The position numbers and the translations under genes are program-made. Below, in pieces: positions 1 through 9,915 of a stretch of 64,000 nucleotides of DNA; within the stretch, counting starts at the first letter, position 1; the number at the start of each line of letters is the position of its first letter. The stretch lies in assembly GCA_963666735.1 (NCBI GenBank), contig OY762926.1, positions 3,488,001-3,552,000 on the forward strand, in the 5' to 3' direction. The notes beneath the pieces were generated by a model. It was not told the origin of the DNA, made no database searches, and was given only the letters and a program-made list of their open reading frames with translations. The DNA comes from Gemmatimonadota bacterium. Its GTDB lineage: Bacteria; Gemmatimonadota; Gemmatimonadetes; Palauibacterales; Palauibacteraceae.

Positions 1-821
1 GCGCGGGAGGTTCTCAGCCCGTTCGTCGTGCCGCCCGACCGTTCGACCGACTCGATGAGGCGACCCAGTTCCGCGTAGCGCATCTCGTCCGGTTCCTTGG
101 GCCTCGCCTGAAGTTCCTCGGGCGTCTCGTCCAGCTGGCGCACGAACAGTTCGGAAAACTCGTAGGCGGTCTCCTCTTCCGGGCCGCGGAACTCGCGCAT
201 CCACCCCTGCTGGAGCACCCAGCGCGAGGATACCGAGTCGTACTGCGCCGTGTTGGCCGTGATGTGCACGGTGGGGAAGTCGGGTTCCGATCCCTTCCGC
301 TCGATCTGTATGTCATCCATCCGGCCCTCGCGCGTGTCCAGCAGTCGCGCCTTGTACACGAGGCCGTCGTCTCCCCGGTAGACGAAGGAGTTCCGGATCG
401 TCTGGCTGCGGGCCTCCTCCTGCTCGAGGACTTCGGCCGATTTCCGGGTCGTCACGGCGACGAGTTCCGTCAGGCCGAGCGCGACGAGACTCAGCAGCGT
501 CGCGCCGCAGAGAATGGGGAGGACGAGCCGGTAGAAGGAAACGCCGCCCGCCTTGGCGGCCGCGACCTCGAAGTTCCGGGACATGGAGGCCACCGTGAAC
601 ACGGATCCGAGCAGGGCGGCAATCGGAAAGCCGAGCAGCGACTGGTACGGGAACTCGTACACGTAGTGGAGGATGATCTGGGACCAGGCGGACCCCTGGT
701 CGAGGAATCTGTCGATGTTGTCGGCGACGTCGATGACCATGAACAGGAACGGCACGCCGAGCGCGCACGCCGCGAAGATCCGCAGGAACTGGAACAGGAC
801 GTACCGGTCGAGCAGTTTCAC
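1..821 (-). CDS. lptG: LPS export ABC permease LptG (LptF/LptG family), 3' end runs off the window
   Basis: Not in the ORF track. Read manually from GTG at 821: MKLLDRYVLFQFLRIFAACALGVPFLFMVIDVADNIDRF...MSRNFEVAAAKAGGVSFYRL. Lies directly downstream of the LptF paralog. Confidence 0.85.
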   Translation of the reverse strand, partial: MKLLDRYVLFQFLRIFAACALGVPFLFMVIDVADNIDRFLDQGSAWSQIILHYVYEFPYQSLLGFPIAALLGSVFTVASMSRNFEVAAAKAGGVSFYRLVLPILCGATLLSLVALGLTELVAVTTRKSAEVLEQEEARSQTIRNSFVYRGDDGLVYKARLLDTREGRMDDIQIERKGSEPDFPTVHITANTAQYDSVSSRWVLQQGWMREFRGPEEETAYEFSELFVRQLDETPEELQARPKEPDEMRYAELGRLIESVERSGGTTNGLRTSR

Positions 822-825
822 GGGC

Positions 826-2322
826 TCAGCGCATCACCCTGGTCGAGCGCGCCAGAGCCACGAGGCCGAGGGCGCCGAACAGGATGTTCGGGGCCCACAT
901 GGCCACGAGCGGTGAGATCCAGAGGCGGTCGGAGAGTCGCTCGCCGCCGATGAGCGACACGTAGTATGCGCCGAAGAAGCCGAGGCTGACGCCGACGACG
1001 AGCGCGACGCCCCCGCGCGGGAACCGGACGGCGATCGGGGCCCCGAGAAGGACGAAGACGATGCACGCGGCCGGGATCGTCCCCTTCTTGTGAATCTCGA
1101 CCCAGTACTGGTTGATCCGGCGAAGGCCCGTGTTCTCGCGCTCCGCGTAGGACTGGAACTGGTTCGCCGCATCGAATGCGGAGTAGAAGCGGCGGGCTGC
1201 GCTCTCGGCGACCTGTGTCGTGGAGTCCGGCGCGGTGGCCTGGATCTCGCGCCGCGCGGGCGCCCCCGATGCCGCGGGAAGGTCGTCTTCCCCGTCGCGG
1301 CGATCGACTTCCCGCGCGGGAATGTCGCGTTTCAGGTCGGGGATGTCCCCATTCCAGTCGGGGGTCTCGCCTCCCCGGATACGGGTGCCGCCCGCCGGCC
1401 CGGCCCCGCCGCGAACCGGCGCGTCCGCCAGAGGCTGCTCGAAATCCAGCAGCATTTCGGTGATCGCCCGGGCGTATACCAGGCTCTCCGAGCGCGCCGC
1501 GTCCGCCATCTCCCTGCCGCGATCCGCCTCCGCGCGCATGTCGGCGATGTTCATTTCGCGGTCGCCGCGTATGGCGGCGGTATCGCGCTCGAGCCCGTTC
1601 GCCACATCCGGGATCTTGAGCAGCATCCGCTCGAAGGCGATGCGCCGAAAGGCGTGCGGGCGCTCGTTCAGCCGCACCTGGACGACGCCGTCCTCGAGAT
1701 CGAAGTAGAGGTCCTCCCCTTCTTCCGAGAAGCCCATCTTCCCGCGCGCCGCGTAGATGGAGCGGCTCTCCTGGCCGTTTCGCTCATCGTAGATCGCGAC
1801 ATCGTGGACCACGCTCTCTTCCCGGTCGATCGTGCCGGGGTGCACGTACACATAGGACGGCAGCACCTCATTGATCGTATGTTCCCGAAGGTTGAAGGTC
1901 GGCGTCTTGCGGCCGATCCCCGTGAGCAGCACCTGCAGGTGATGATTCGACTGCGGCAGGACCGTGTTGTTGAACCAGGTCATTCCGCCGGCCAGGATGA
2001 CGGCGCAGACGAGGAGCGGGGCCATCACGCGCGACAGCGGGATGCCGCTCGCCTTGACGGCGGTGATCTCGAAGTCGCCCTCCATCCGGCTGAAGACGTA
2101 CAGGACCGCGATGAGCACGGCCATCGGCAGGGTCTGCGCGATGATGAAGGGGATCGAATAGACGAAGACCTCGGCGATCACGGTCCACTCGAGGTCCTTG
2201 CCGATGAGCCGCTCGAAGCGCTTGCTCACCTGATCGAGGAGGAGCAGCACCGTGGTGCCGATGATGGCGAAGATGAACGGTCCGGCGTGACGGCGCAGGA
2301 TATAGCGGGTAAGAGTTCGCAT
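826..2322 (-). CDS. lptF: LPS export ABC permease LptF
   Basis: MRTLTRYILRRH start, EITAVKASGIPL motif, C-terminal TM region with WAPNILF. Start moved from the ORF-track position to ATG 2322. Confidence 0.85.
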   Translation of the reverse strand: MRTLTRYILRRHAGPFIFAIIGTTVLLLLDQVSKRFERLIGKDLEWTVIAEVFVYSIPFIIAQTLPMAVLIAVLYVFSRMEGDFEITAVKASGIPLSRVMAPLLVCAVILAGGMTWFNNTVLPQSNHHLQVLLTGIGRKTPTFNLREHTINEVLPSYVYVHPGTIDREESVVHDVAIYDERNGQESRSIYAARGKMGFSEEGEDLYFDLEDGVVQVRLNERPHAFRRIAFERMLLKIPDVANGLERDTAAIRGDREMNIADMRAEADRGREMADAARSESLVYARAITEMLLDFEQPLADAPVRGGAGPAGGTRIRGGETPDWNGDIPDLKRDIPAREVDRRDGEDDLPAASGAPARREIQATAPDSTTQVAESAARRFYSAFDAANQFQSYAERENTGLRRINQYWVEIHKKGTIPAACIVFVLLGAPIAVRFPRGGVALVVGVSLGFFGAYYVSLIGGERLSDRLWISPLVAMWAPNILFGALGLVALARSTRVMR

Positions 2323-2428
2323 CGCCCCGAGATTACTGTGTTTTGGGGCCGTTGTCAGCCCGGGCGGGTCTTCCCGGGGCCGGTTCGGCCCCGAGGTTTC
2401 GTCACGATCCGCCAGCCCATGTACCGGA

Positions 2429-3490
2429 ATGCAGGCCGATAGATCCCCCCGAGGCGCGGGCGCTCCGCCGCGCCGGGTCGCCCTCGTGCTCATGAGCGCG
2501 GTGGGAAGCACCGTCCAGGGGTTGCCCGTTGTAGCGTCCCTCCGGCGGGCCTGGCCCGCCGCACACATCACTTGGGTGCTGCAACCGGGTCCGGCCGCGC
2601 TGATGGCCGGCCGGCCGGACGTCGACCGGCTCCTGCTCTTCCACCGGCGGCTCGGCGCCCGTGCCTATTCCCGCTTTCGTCGCGAAGTGGCGGGAGAAGC
2701 GTTCGATCTCGTCATCTGTCTGCAGCCGAACTTCAAGGGAGGGATGGTCACGCGTCTCCTCCGCGCCCCGGAGCGCCTGGGTCACGACCGCGCGCGCGCC
2801 CGCGACCTGAGCTGGATGGCCACGAACCGCCGCATCCCGCCGGCTCCCGTGGCCCACACTCAGGACGAACTGTTCGAGTTTCTCGATCATCTCGGCGTCC
2901 CGCGACGCCTGGAGTGGCGTTTTCATTTCACCGAAGAGGAGCGGCGGGTTTCGGCGCGGTGGCGGGAGGGATTCGCGCGCCCGGTGCTCGCGGTCGTGCC
3001 GCGGAGTTCCAATCCCCGGAGGAATTGGACCCTCGAGGGGACCGCGCGGGTAATCGACGTGGCGGCCGGTGATCTGGGCCTTCAGCCGGTGCTCCTGGGA
3101 GGAGACTCCGAAGAGGAACTGCGGGATGCCCACCGACTCGAGAAGTTGTGCGGGGTTCCGCCGCGCGTGGCGCTGGGAGGGACGCTGAGGGAGTTGGCGG
3201 GCCGGCTCTCCGCGAGCGATCTCGTGCTGGCGCCGGACACGGGTCCCCTGCACATGGCGGTGGCGCTGGGGACGCCGACCATCGGACTGTACGGGTATAC
3301 GGACCCGGAACGCAGCGGTCCCTACGGGCGGTTCACGGATCTCACCGTGGACCGGTTTCGTGGCCCGGCCGGCCCCGACGGCGAGCGAAGGCCGTCCCGG
3401 GCCACTCGACCCGGACGCATGAGGAGGATCCGGGCCGAGGAGGTCGTGCTTAAGCTGGAGGGAGCCATCCGTTCATATCTGAACACCTGA
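2429..3490 (+). CDS. Glycosyltransferase family 9 (heptosyltransferase-like)
   Basis: SAVGS N-terminal motif and DTGPLHMAVALGTPTIGLYG motif typical of GT9. Confidence 0.88.
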   Translation: MQADRSPRGAGAPPRRVALVLMSAVGSTVQGLPVVASLRRAWPAAHITWVLQPGPAALMAGRPDVDRLLLFHRRLGARAYSRFRREVAGEAFDLVICLQPNFKGGMVTRLLRAPERLGHDRARARDLSWMATNRRIPPAPVAHTQDELFEFLDHLGVPRRLEWRFHFTEEERRVSARWREGFARPVLAVVPRSSNPRRNWTLEGTARVIDVAAGDLGLQPVLLGGDSEEELRDAHRLEKLCGVPPRVALGGTLRELAGRLSASDLVLAPDTGPLHMAVALGTPTIGLYGYTDPERSGPYGRFTDLTVDRFRGPAGPDGERRPSRATRPGRMRRIRAEEVVLKLEGAIRSYLNT

Positions 3491-3500
3491 AAGGCCGTAC

Positions 3501-5075
3501 ATGACCGAAGGGACGAAGACGGTGGCGGGCCGGATACTCTGGGTGGACGACGAAGTCGACCTGCTGCGTCCGCATCTCATGCTGCTGCGGTCGTCGGGGT
3601 ATCGCGTCGATGCGGTGATGAACGGCCAGGACGCGATGGAACTCCTGACGGCGGTGTCCTACGATCTCGTGCTGCTGGACGAGCGGATGCCGGGGCTGCG
3701 CGGGATCGAGGTTCTCGACCGCATCCGGAGTTTTTCCCCGCGCCTCCCCGTGGTGATGGTCACGAAGAGCGAAGAGGAATCGACCATGCACGAGGCGATC
3801 GGACGGCGGGCGGACGACTACATCGTCAAGCCGACGAGCCCCCGGCAGGTGCTGTCGGTCGTGACCCGGCTCCTCGCCGGCCCGGCGCTGCGCCACGAGC
3901 ACATCACGCGCGATTTCTCACGGCGTTTCGGCGAGTTGCGGGAGCGGGTCTCCACGGCGGCTTCGTGGCGGGACTGGGCCGACCTGTACTCCGAGCTGGT
4001 CGACTGGGATCTGAGACTGGAGGAGGCCGGCGAGTCGGGCCTGCGCGAGATCCTCGGTGGGCTGCACACCGACCTGAGCCGAGGGTTCTGCGATCTCGTG
4101 GCGGATCAGTACGGTGAGTGGGTGCACGAAGGGGGCGAGCGGGGCCCGACCCTCTCGGTGGACGTGCTGCCCCGCTTCTTTCGACCGATCCTCGACGAGG
4201 ATCCGGCGGCGCTGCTCGTCGTGATGGATTGCATGCGGCTCGACCAGTGGCGGGCGGTCCTCCCCATCGTCAGCGAGTACTTCGAGATCGAGGAGGCGCT
4301 CTACGCGGGCCTCCTGCCCACGGCGACCCCGTTCGCGCGCAACGCGATCTTCGGGGGCATCTTCGCGGACGAACTCGCCGAGCGTCGTCCGGAATGGTGG
4401 GAGAGGGGAAGCGAGACCGGCTACAACTCGTTCGAGGACGAACTCTTCGAGCGGCATATCCACGAACTGACCGCGTCGCGGATCCCCGTGCACTACGAGA
4501 AGATCTTCTCGGCCCAGGAGAGCGAGCCCATGCTGGCGCGGCTCGGCGGTTACCTGTCGTCCCCCTCGGCCACTGCGCTCGTGTTCGGATTCGTGGACAT
4601 GCTCACGCACGGGCGGGCGCGGTCGCGCCTGATCTGGGAGATGGCGCAGGACAGCAGCGCGCTGCGTTCGCTGACGGTGACCTGGTTCGAGCGTTCGCCG
4701 GCGCTGAAGGCGCTGCGGCTGGCCGCGCAGCGGGGAGTCCGGGTCCTCCTCACGACGGACCACGGTTCGATTCACTGCCGGCGGCCCGCCACGATCTACG
4801 CGGGACGCGACGCGTCGACGAGCCTGCGCTACAAGATCGGCGACGACATGAAGGTGGAGAACCCGGCCGCGGTCATGTCGACTTCGGACGCGGACGAGTG
4901 GCGACTGCCTCCGGGCGGAATGAACAAGACCTTCGCCCTCTGTCGCGAGGACTACTTCTTCGTCTATCCGACGAGGCTGCGGGAATACCAGAATCGGTAC
5001 CGGGACAGCTTCCTGCACGGCGGGGTGAGCCCCGACGAGATGGTGCTTCCGGCCGCGCTGCTCACGCCGCGGTGA
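3501..5075 (+). CDS. PorX-like response regulator: receiver domain plus PglZ/alkaline-phosphatase-like domain
   Basis: Receiver motifs (WVDDE, LLDERMPG, VMVT, YIVKP) followed by MDCMRLDQW, LPTATPFARNAIF, FVDMLTH, TTDHG and FLHGGVS. Confidence 0.85.
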   Translation: MTEGTKTVAGRILWVDDEVDLLRPHLMLLRSSGYRVDAVMNGQDAMELLTAVSYDLVLLDERMPGLRGIEVLDRIRSFSPRLPVVMVTKSEEESTMHEAIGRRADDYIVKPTSPRQVLSVVTRLLAGPALRHEHITRDFSRRFGELRERVSTAASWRDWADLYSELVDWDLRLEEAGESGLREILGGLHTDLSRGFCDLVADQYGEWVHEGGERGPTLSVDVLPRFFRPILDEDPAALLVVMDCMRLDQWRAVLPIVSEYFEIEEALYAGLLPTATPFARNAIFGGIFADELAERRPEWWERGSETGYNSFEDELFERHIHELTASRIPVHYEKIFSAQESEPMLARLGGYLSSPSATALVFGFVDMLTHGRARSRLIWEMAQDSSALRSLTVTWFERSPALKALRLAAQRGVRVLLTTDHGSIHCRRPATIYAGRDASTSLRYKIGDDMKVENPAAVMSTSDADEWRLPPGGMNKTFALCREDYFFVYPTRLREYQNRYRDSFLHGGVSPDEMVLPAALLTPR

Positions 5076-5079
5076 TTCG

Positions 5080-6918
5080 ATGAACCCGGGCCGGAGCGGC
5101 GGGGGCGCCTCCCCGTATCGGCGGCTGCTCCGGTTCCTGCGCCCCTATCGCTGGACCTTCCTCGCGAGCCTCGCGCTCGGCGTGCTCGCGGCCGGACTCG
5201 AGGCGTTCAGCCTCCTCCTGCTCATCCCGTTCCTCCGTTCGCTCTTCGGGATCGGACCTCCCCTGCCCGGCGGCGGACGCAACGCGGCGGAGCGTTTCCT
5301 CGATGGGATCGCCGGGGGGTGGCTCGGTCCGGAGGCGGGGCTGGACGGATTGCGGGCCGTGTGCGTGCTGGTGCTGGCGGCGCTCCTCCTCAAGAACCTC
5401 TGCATCATCGGGGGGCGGGCGCTCTCGATCCGCACGCAGGAGTTCCTCGTTCGCGACGTGCGCAATGCCGTGCACGCCCACCTGCAGCGCCTGCCGCTCG
5501 CCTTCTTCGAGCGCGGAAAGGCGGGACAGTTGATCGCGCGAGTGATCGCGGATGCGGGCGAGGCGAAGCCCGTCGTGACCGACGCGCTCGCGCAGGCGGT
5601 GCGCCAGGGGGCGACTCTCGCGGCCTATGCGGTGGCCCTGCTCGCTCTCTCGTGGAGGCTGGCGCTGATCGCCGCCATCCTGGTGCCGCTCGTGTGGCTC
5701 GGCCTGCGGCCGCTGCTCGGCCGGTTGCGCGAGAAGTTCCGCCGCACCTGGGATGACCACGGCGAACTCGTGGCGGCGCTGGGGGAATCGCTGGGCGCGG
5801 TGCGGGTTGTGAAGTCGAGGGTCGCCGAGGACTTCGAGATGAAGCGCTTTCGGCGCCGTTCGGACGCGTTCAGCCGCAAGCGGATCGCGGCGGCCACGAC
5901 CCGACACCTCGCCTCGCCCCTTTCCGAAGTGCTCGCGTCCGTCGTCGCGCTCGGACTCGTCTGGATCGGGGCGTCGTTCGTGGGGAGTAGCGGGTCGATC
6001 GCGCCCGAACAGTTCGTCGCCTTCGTGACCATCGCGCTCCGCGCCGTCTCGCCGGTGAAGGGGCTCGCGCAGTACCCGGCCATCGCCGCGCAGGGGCTCG
6101 CCGCCGCCGACCGTTTCTTCGAGATCCTCGACCAGGATCCGGAACCGGCCGGAGGGTCGCGGATCGCGGCGGGCCCCGAACGGGAGATCCGCTACGAGGG
6201 CGTCAGCTTCGCCTACGAGCCGGGGCGGGCCGCGCTGCGAGGCATCGATCTCGCCATCCCGCGCGGATCCGTCGTCGCGATCGTCGGGGGGTCGGGGAGC
6301 GGGAAGTCGACGCTGGTCGACCTGCTGCCCAGGTTCGCGGATCCGCAGGCGGGACGGGTCACGATCGATGGGACGGACATCCGGGAGTTCTCGATGGACT
6401 CCCTCCGCCGGCTCACCGGTCTCGTGGGGCAGGAGGCGGTGCTCTTCCACGACACGGTGGCGGCGAACATCGCCTATGGGGAGGCCGCGCCGGACCCGGC
6501 GGCGGTCGAAGCGGCGGCGCGGGCGGGCGGAGCGCACGGCTTCATCGCGGGACTGCCCGGCGGCTACGACACCGTGCTCGGCGACCGCGGCGTGCGTCTT
6601 TCGACGGGCCAGCGTCAGCGCATCGGCATCGCGCGGGCCATCTTCCGCGATCCCCCCATCCTCATCCTGGACGAAGCCACGTCGGCCGTGGATGCCGAAA
6701 CGGAGACGGCGCTCAGGGCGGCGGCGGCGGAGGGCTTTCGCGGCCGCACGGTGATCGTGGTCGCCCACCGGCTCTCGACCGTGCGCGAGGCCGACCGGAT
6801 CTTCGTCCTCGAGCGCGGGCGACTTGTGGACGCCGGCCGCCATGACGCGCTCGTCGCTCGCGGCGGGCCGTACCGCCGGCTCTTCGGCCACCAGCTCGAA
6901 CGCGTCCCGCAACCGTGA
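5080..6918 (+). CDS. MsbA-like ABC exporter (TM domain plus NBD)
   Basis: TM helices, Walker A GGSGSGKST, signature variant LSTGQ, Walker B ILDEATS, AHRLST; LPS cluster context. Confidence 0.88.
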   Translation: MNPGRSGGGASPYRRLLRFLRPYRWTFLASLALGVLAAGLEAFSLLLLIPFLRSLFGIGPPLPGGGRNAAERFLDGIAGGWLGPEAGLDGLRAVCVLVLAALLLKNLCIIGGRALSIRTQEFLVRDVRNAVHAHLQRLPLAFFERGKAGQLIARVIADAGEAKPVVTDALAQAVRQGATLAAYAVALLALSWRLALIAAILVPLVWLGLRPLLGRLREKFRRTWDDHGELVAALGESLGAVRVVKSRVAEDFEMKRFRRRSDAFSRKRIAAATTRHLASPLSEVLASVVALGLVWIGASFVGSSGSIAPEQFVAFVTIALRAVSPVKGLAQYPAIAAQGLAAADRFFEILDQDPEPAGGSRIAAGPEREIRYEGVSFAYEPGRAALRGIDLAIPRGSVVAIVGGSGSGKSTLVDLLPRFADPQAGRVTIDGTDIREFSMDSLRRLTGLVGQEAVLFHDTVAANIAYGEAAPDPAAVEAAARAGGAHGFIAGLPGGYDTVLGDRGVRLSTGQRQRIGIARAIFRDPPILILDEATSAVDAETETALRAAAAEGFRGRTVIVVAHRLSTVREADRIFVLERGRLVDAGRHDALVARGGPYRRLFGHQLERVPQP

Positions 6919-7850
6919 AGGAGCGCGCGCGGCAGGCCGGTCGGCGTGGGCGTGGCGGCGGCCCACCGCTTGCGGACGCGCTCGTGGACGGCGGCGTGGC
7001 CGGCCTGCATCTCGGACTGCGCGCCGCGCCGGACCCGGTGGCGCTCGGGACCGGCCGGGCGCTCGGAGCGCTGTGTCGCGACCCTCTCCGCGTCCGTCGC
7101 CGCGTGGTCGACGCCCAACTCGCCGCAAGTTTCCCGGCTGCCACACCGCGCTGGGTGCGCGACACGGCTCGCGCCTGCTACCGCCACTTCGGCCAGGAGG
7201 CCGCGCTCCTCATGGGCGGTGCGCCCCGGATCGAGCGGATGCTGCCTCGCGTCGCCGACGAGGCCGGGCTGGGCCCGCGCCTGCACGCGGCGACCGCGGA
7301 GCGGGACGGCGCCGTGGTCGTCTCCGGGCACCTCGGCAACTGGGAGCTCGGAGGGGCGGCCGTGCGGGCGCTCGGAGTGCGCGTGACGGCGGTCGTGCAG
7401 CGTCAGCGAGGCGCCTTCGGCCGTCGGCTGGGCGAGTTGCGCTCGCGGCTGGGACTGGACGTGCTCGACCGCGACGCGGCGGCGCGGCCGGCGCTCGACG
7501 CGCTCCGCTCGGGCCGGGTTCTCGCCCTCGTGGCCGATCAGCACACCCGGCGGGCCAGCGCCCCGGTCGACTTTCTGGGTCGCCCCGCCTGGACATCGCT
7601 CGCCCCGGCGCGTTTGTGTCTCGCGGCCGATGTCCCTCTCTTCTTCGCGGCTCTGGTTCGAGACCCATCGGGGTACAGGATCGTCCATGAAGAGATCGAC
7701 GGCGGCCGGTCCGGCGCCGCCGGGGATCCGGTCGAGCTCACAAAGGGGTGGGTTCGGGTGTTGGAGAGGGAGGTCGAACGGCGGCCGGAGCAGTATTTCT
7801 GGTTCCACCGGCGCTGGAAGCGGGTGGCGCAACGCGGAGAGGGCGCGTGA
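6915..7850 (+). CDS. Lipid A lauroyl acyltransferase-like (LpxL/HtrB family)
   Basis: SGHLGNWE, ADQ and PEQYFWFHRRWK motifs. Confidence 0.88.
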   Translation: MKERARQAGRRGRGGGPPLADALVDGGVAGLHLGLRAAPDPVALGTGRALGALCRDPLRVRRRVVDAQLAASFPAATPRWVRDTARACYRHFGQEAALLMGGAPRIERMLPRVADEAGLGPRLHAATAERDGAVVVSGHLGNWELGGAAVRALGVRVTAVVQRQRGAFGRRLGELRSRLGLDVLDRDAAARPALDALRSGRVLALVADQHTRRASAPVDFLGRPAWTSLAPARLCLAADVPLFFAALVRDPSGYRIVHEEIDGGRSGAAGDPVELTKGWVRVLEREVERRPEQYFWFHRRWKRVAQRGEGA

Positions 7851-8596
7851 TTCACATCGGGATTCCGGTTCACAACGAACGCGATACCATCGGCCCGCTG
7901 CTGTGGCGGATCCGCGAACTGCTCTACGGCGAGCGGCGGCAGTTTCACGTGCTCGTGTGCGATGACGCCTCGGACGACGGGACGGGCGAGGCGCTCGACC
8001 GATATCCGCGGGTGCTTCCGCTGACCGTGCTCCGCAACGAGGAGCGGCAGGGCTACGCCGCGAGCCTCGACCGGCTGATCGGGGCGACGCTGCACCGCTC
8101 GGGTTATCCGCGCCGCGACGCGTTCGTCTCCATGCAGGGCGATTTCTCCGATCCGCCCGAGCGCTTGCCGGAGATGCTTCGCCGCTTCGAGGGCGGCGCA
8201 GATCTCGTCACGGTCGCGCGTGGTGATTCGGAACCCTTCACCCGCCGTCTGACCCGGGCCGGGGGCCGGCTCTGTGCCCGTCATCTGCTGTCGGCTCCAG
8301 CCGTGACGGACCCCTACGCTTCTCTTCGGTTATATAGGTTGTTCGCTCTGGAACGCGCCGTCGCCGCCGGCGATGGGCAGCTGTTGCAGTATGAGGGTTG
8401 GGCCGCCAACGCCGCGCTGCTCCTGCAGGTGTGGCCGTTTGTACGAAGATTCGAGGAGATTCCGCATGATCCGCACTCCCTCCGCCGATACCGTGACGCC
8501 CGTTTCCGGGCCGGCGAGCAACTCCGGCAGCTGTTCGCCGCCGGCCGGGACCGCGCGCTGCGCGAGATCGGCCGGCAGATCGCCGCAGCGGCCTGA
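7847..8596 (+). CDS. Glycosyltransferase family 2
   Basis: IHIGIPVHNE, CDDASDDGT; GTG start overlaps the upstream stop (GTGA). Confidence 0.8.
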   Translation: MIHIGIPVHNERDTIGPLLWRIRELLYGERRQFHVLVCDDASDDGTGEALDRYPRVLPLTVLRNEERQGYAASLDRLIGATLHRSGYPRRDAFVSMQGDFSDPPERLPEMLRRFEGGADLVTVARGDSEPFTRRLTRAGGRLCARHLLSAPAVTDPYASLRLYRLFALERAVAAGDGQLLQYEGWAANAALLLQVWPFVRRFEEIPHDPHSLRRYRDARFRAGEQLRQLFAAGRDRALREIGRQIAAAA

Positions 8597-8597
8597 C

Positions 8598-9437
8598 ATG
8601 CGGAGACGAAACCTCCGTCGCGGCGCCTTGGCGTGCCTGGCGCTCCTGGCCGCTTCGATTCCGGGTACATCCGACCTCGCCGGGCAGGGTAGCGCGGGCG
8701 AGGTGGCCGATGACTTCTTCTCCGAGAGCTGGCCGTTCGAGATCGGGGAGACCTCCGAGTACGCCGTGCTGTTCGGGCCGGTGAACTTCGGGCGCATGCA
8801 CCTCCGGGTCGAAGCGCAGGATACGATCCGCGGCACGCCGGCCTACCGGCTCTCGATGGAGATGAAGGGGGGCGTCCCCTTCTACAGGATGGATGACCGC
8901 ACGGTGAGTTGGCTTGCCCCCGATCCCTACCGGTCGCTCCGCTTCGAAGAGAATCTGCGGCAGGGGGGATACCGCAGGCAGCGCCGCTGGGAGCTGGATC
9001 ACGAGGCTCTCGCCGCCACGAGACAGGACTGGAACGAGGAGGCGGAGGCCTATCTTCCGCACCGCCGGCAGCGGGATCTTCCAATGCCCCCGGGCGCGCT
9101 CGACGAGATCTCCTACCTCTACCTGATCCGGACTCTTCCGCTGGAGGTCGGCCGAACGTACGAGTTCGACCGCTACTTCGAGGAGGACGGCAATCCCGTC
9201 GTCGTCGAGGTTCTCCGCCGCGAGCGCGTGCGCGTGCCGGCGGGGACGTTCGACACGATCGTCCTGCGTCCGACCATTCAGACCGATGGCCTGTTCGGAG
9301 AGGAGGGGCAGGCCGAGGTCTTCATCTCGGACGATGATCGTCGCCTCATCGTGCAGATCAGGAGCCGCATGAAGATCGGCGGGGTCGACATGTATCTTCG
9401 CGGCTTCGAGCAGAACGAGGCGGAGACCGGTCGCTGA
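8598..9437 (+). CDS. Secreted DUF3108-like protein
   Basis: Signal peptide, WPFEIGE, RERVRVPAGTFDT and ISDDDRRLIVQI motifs. Confidence 0.7.
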   Translation: MRRRNLRRGALACLALLAASIPGTSDLAGQGSAGEVADDFFSESWPFEIGETSEYAVLFGPVNFGRMHLRVEAQDTIRGTPAYRLSMEMKGGVPFYRMDDRTVSWLAPDPYRSLRFEENLRQGGYRRQRRWELDHEALAATRQDWNEEAEAYLPHRRQRDLPMPPGALDEISYLYLIRTLPLEVGRTYEFDRYFEEDGNPVVVEVLRRERVRVPAGTFDTIVLRPTIQTDGLFGEEGQAEVFISDDDRRLIVQIRSRMKIGGVDMYLRGFEQNEAETGR

Positions 9438-9553
9438 CATCCGGACCCGGGCGGGCGGAGAGCGCCGCTGCGGTGCGGTACTCCCTTTTTGCCGTGGTGC
9501 GTCCTAGGTTAGTCTTGAGGCCTGTACAGAGACGACGACCACCAGGAGGTGCC

Positions 9554-9817
9554 TTGAGCAAAGGAAATCATGTGCCGAATTCAACCGACCGGGCCCGCGA
9601 CGAGTTGTTCAGCCACATCCGCCGCTGTGGCGTGCTCGACGCGGAAGATGAGCAGCGGCAAGAGTGGTTCGACGATACGATCCAGTACCTCGGAGAGCGG
9701 TATCCGGAGTTGACGCCGGGTGAGCTGTCCGTCCTGCGCACCATCGGAGAGCGGTACTGTGCCCCGGCGATCCCGCACGGAGGCGCGGCCCGGCAGTCAA
9801 AGCAGGAAGCCCACTAG
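9554..9817 (+). CDS. Small hypothetical protein (87 aa)
   Basis: AGGAGG upstream of TTG 9554 (alternative GTG 9572); globular-looking sequence RARDELFSHIRRCGVL...LGERYPEL. Confidence 0.65.
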   Translation: MSKGNHVPNSTDRARDELFSHIRRCGVLDAEDEQRQEWFDDTIQYLGERYPELTPGELSVLRTIGERYCAPAIPHGGAARQSKQEAH

Positions 9818-9915
9818 CAGCCCGATCGAGGACCACCGGCGAGGTAACGTAGCCTGAACGAACCCCCGCCCCCGGACAGACCGGGAGCCACACCATCCGC
9901 TAGTCGGACCGCCGA

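Noticed and set aside
3501..5075. PglZ domain as a sign of BREX defence
   Set aside because: Fused to a receiver domain in PorX architecture; no brxC, pglX or brxL nearby.
8128..8150. GT2 with QGD in place of DxD as an inactive enzyme
   Set aside because: The second Asp is retained and inactivity cannot be judged without an alignment.
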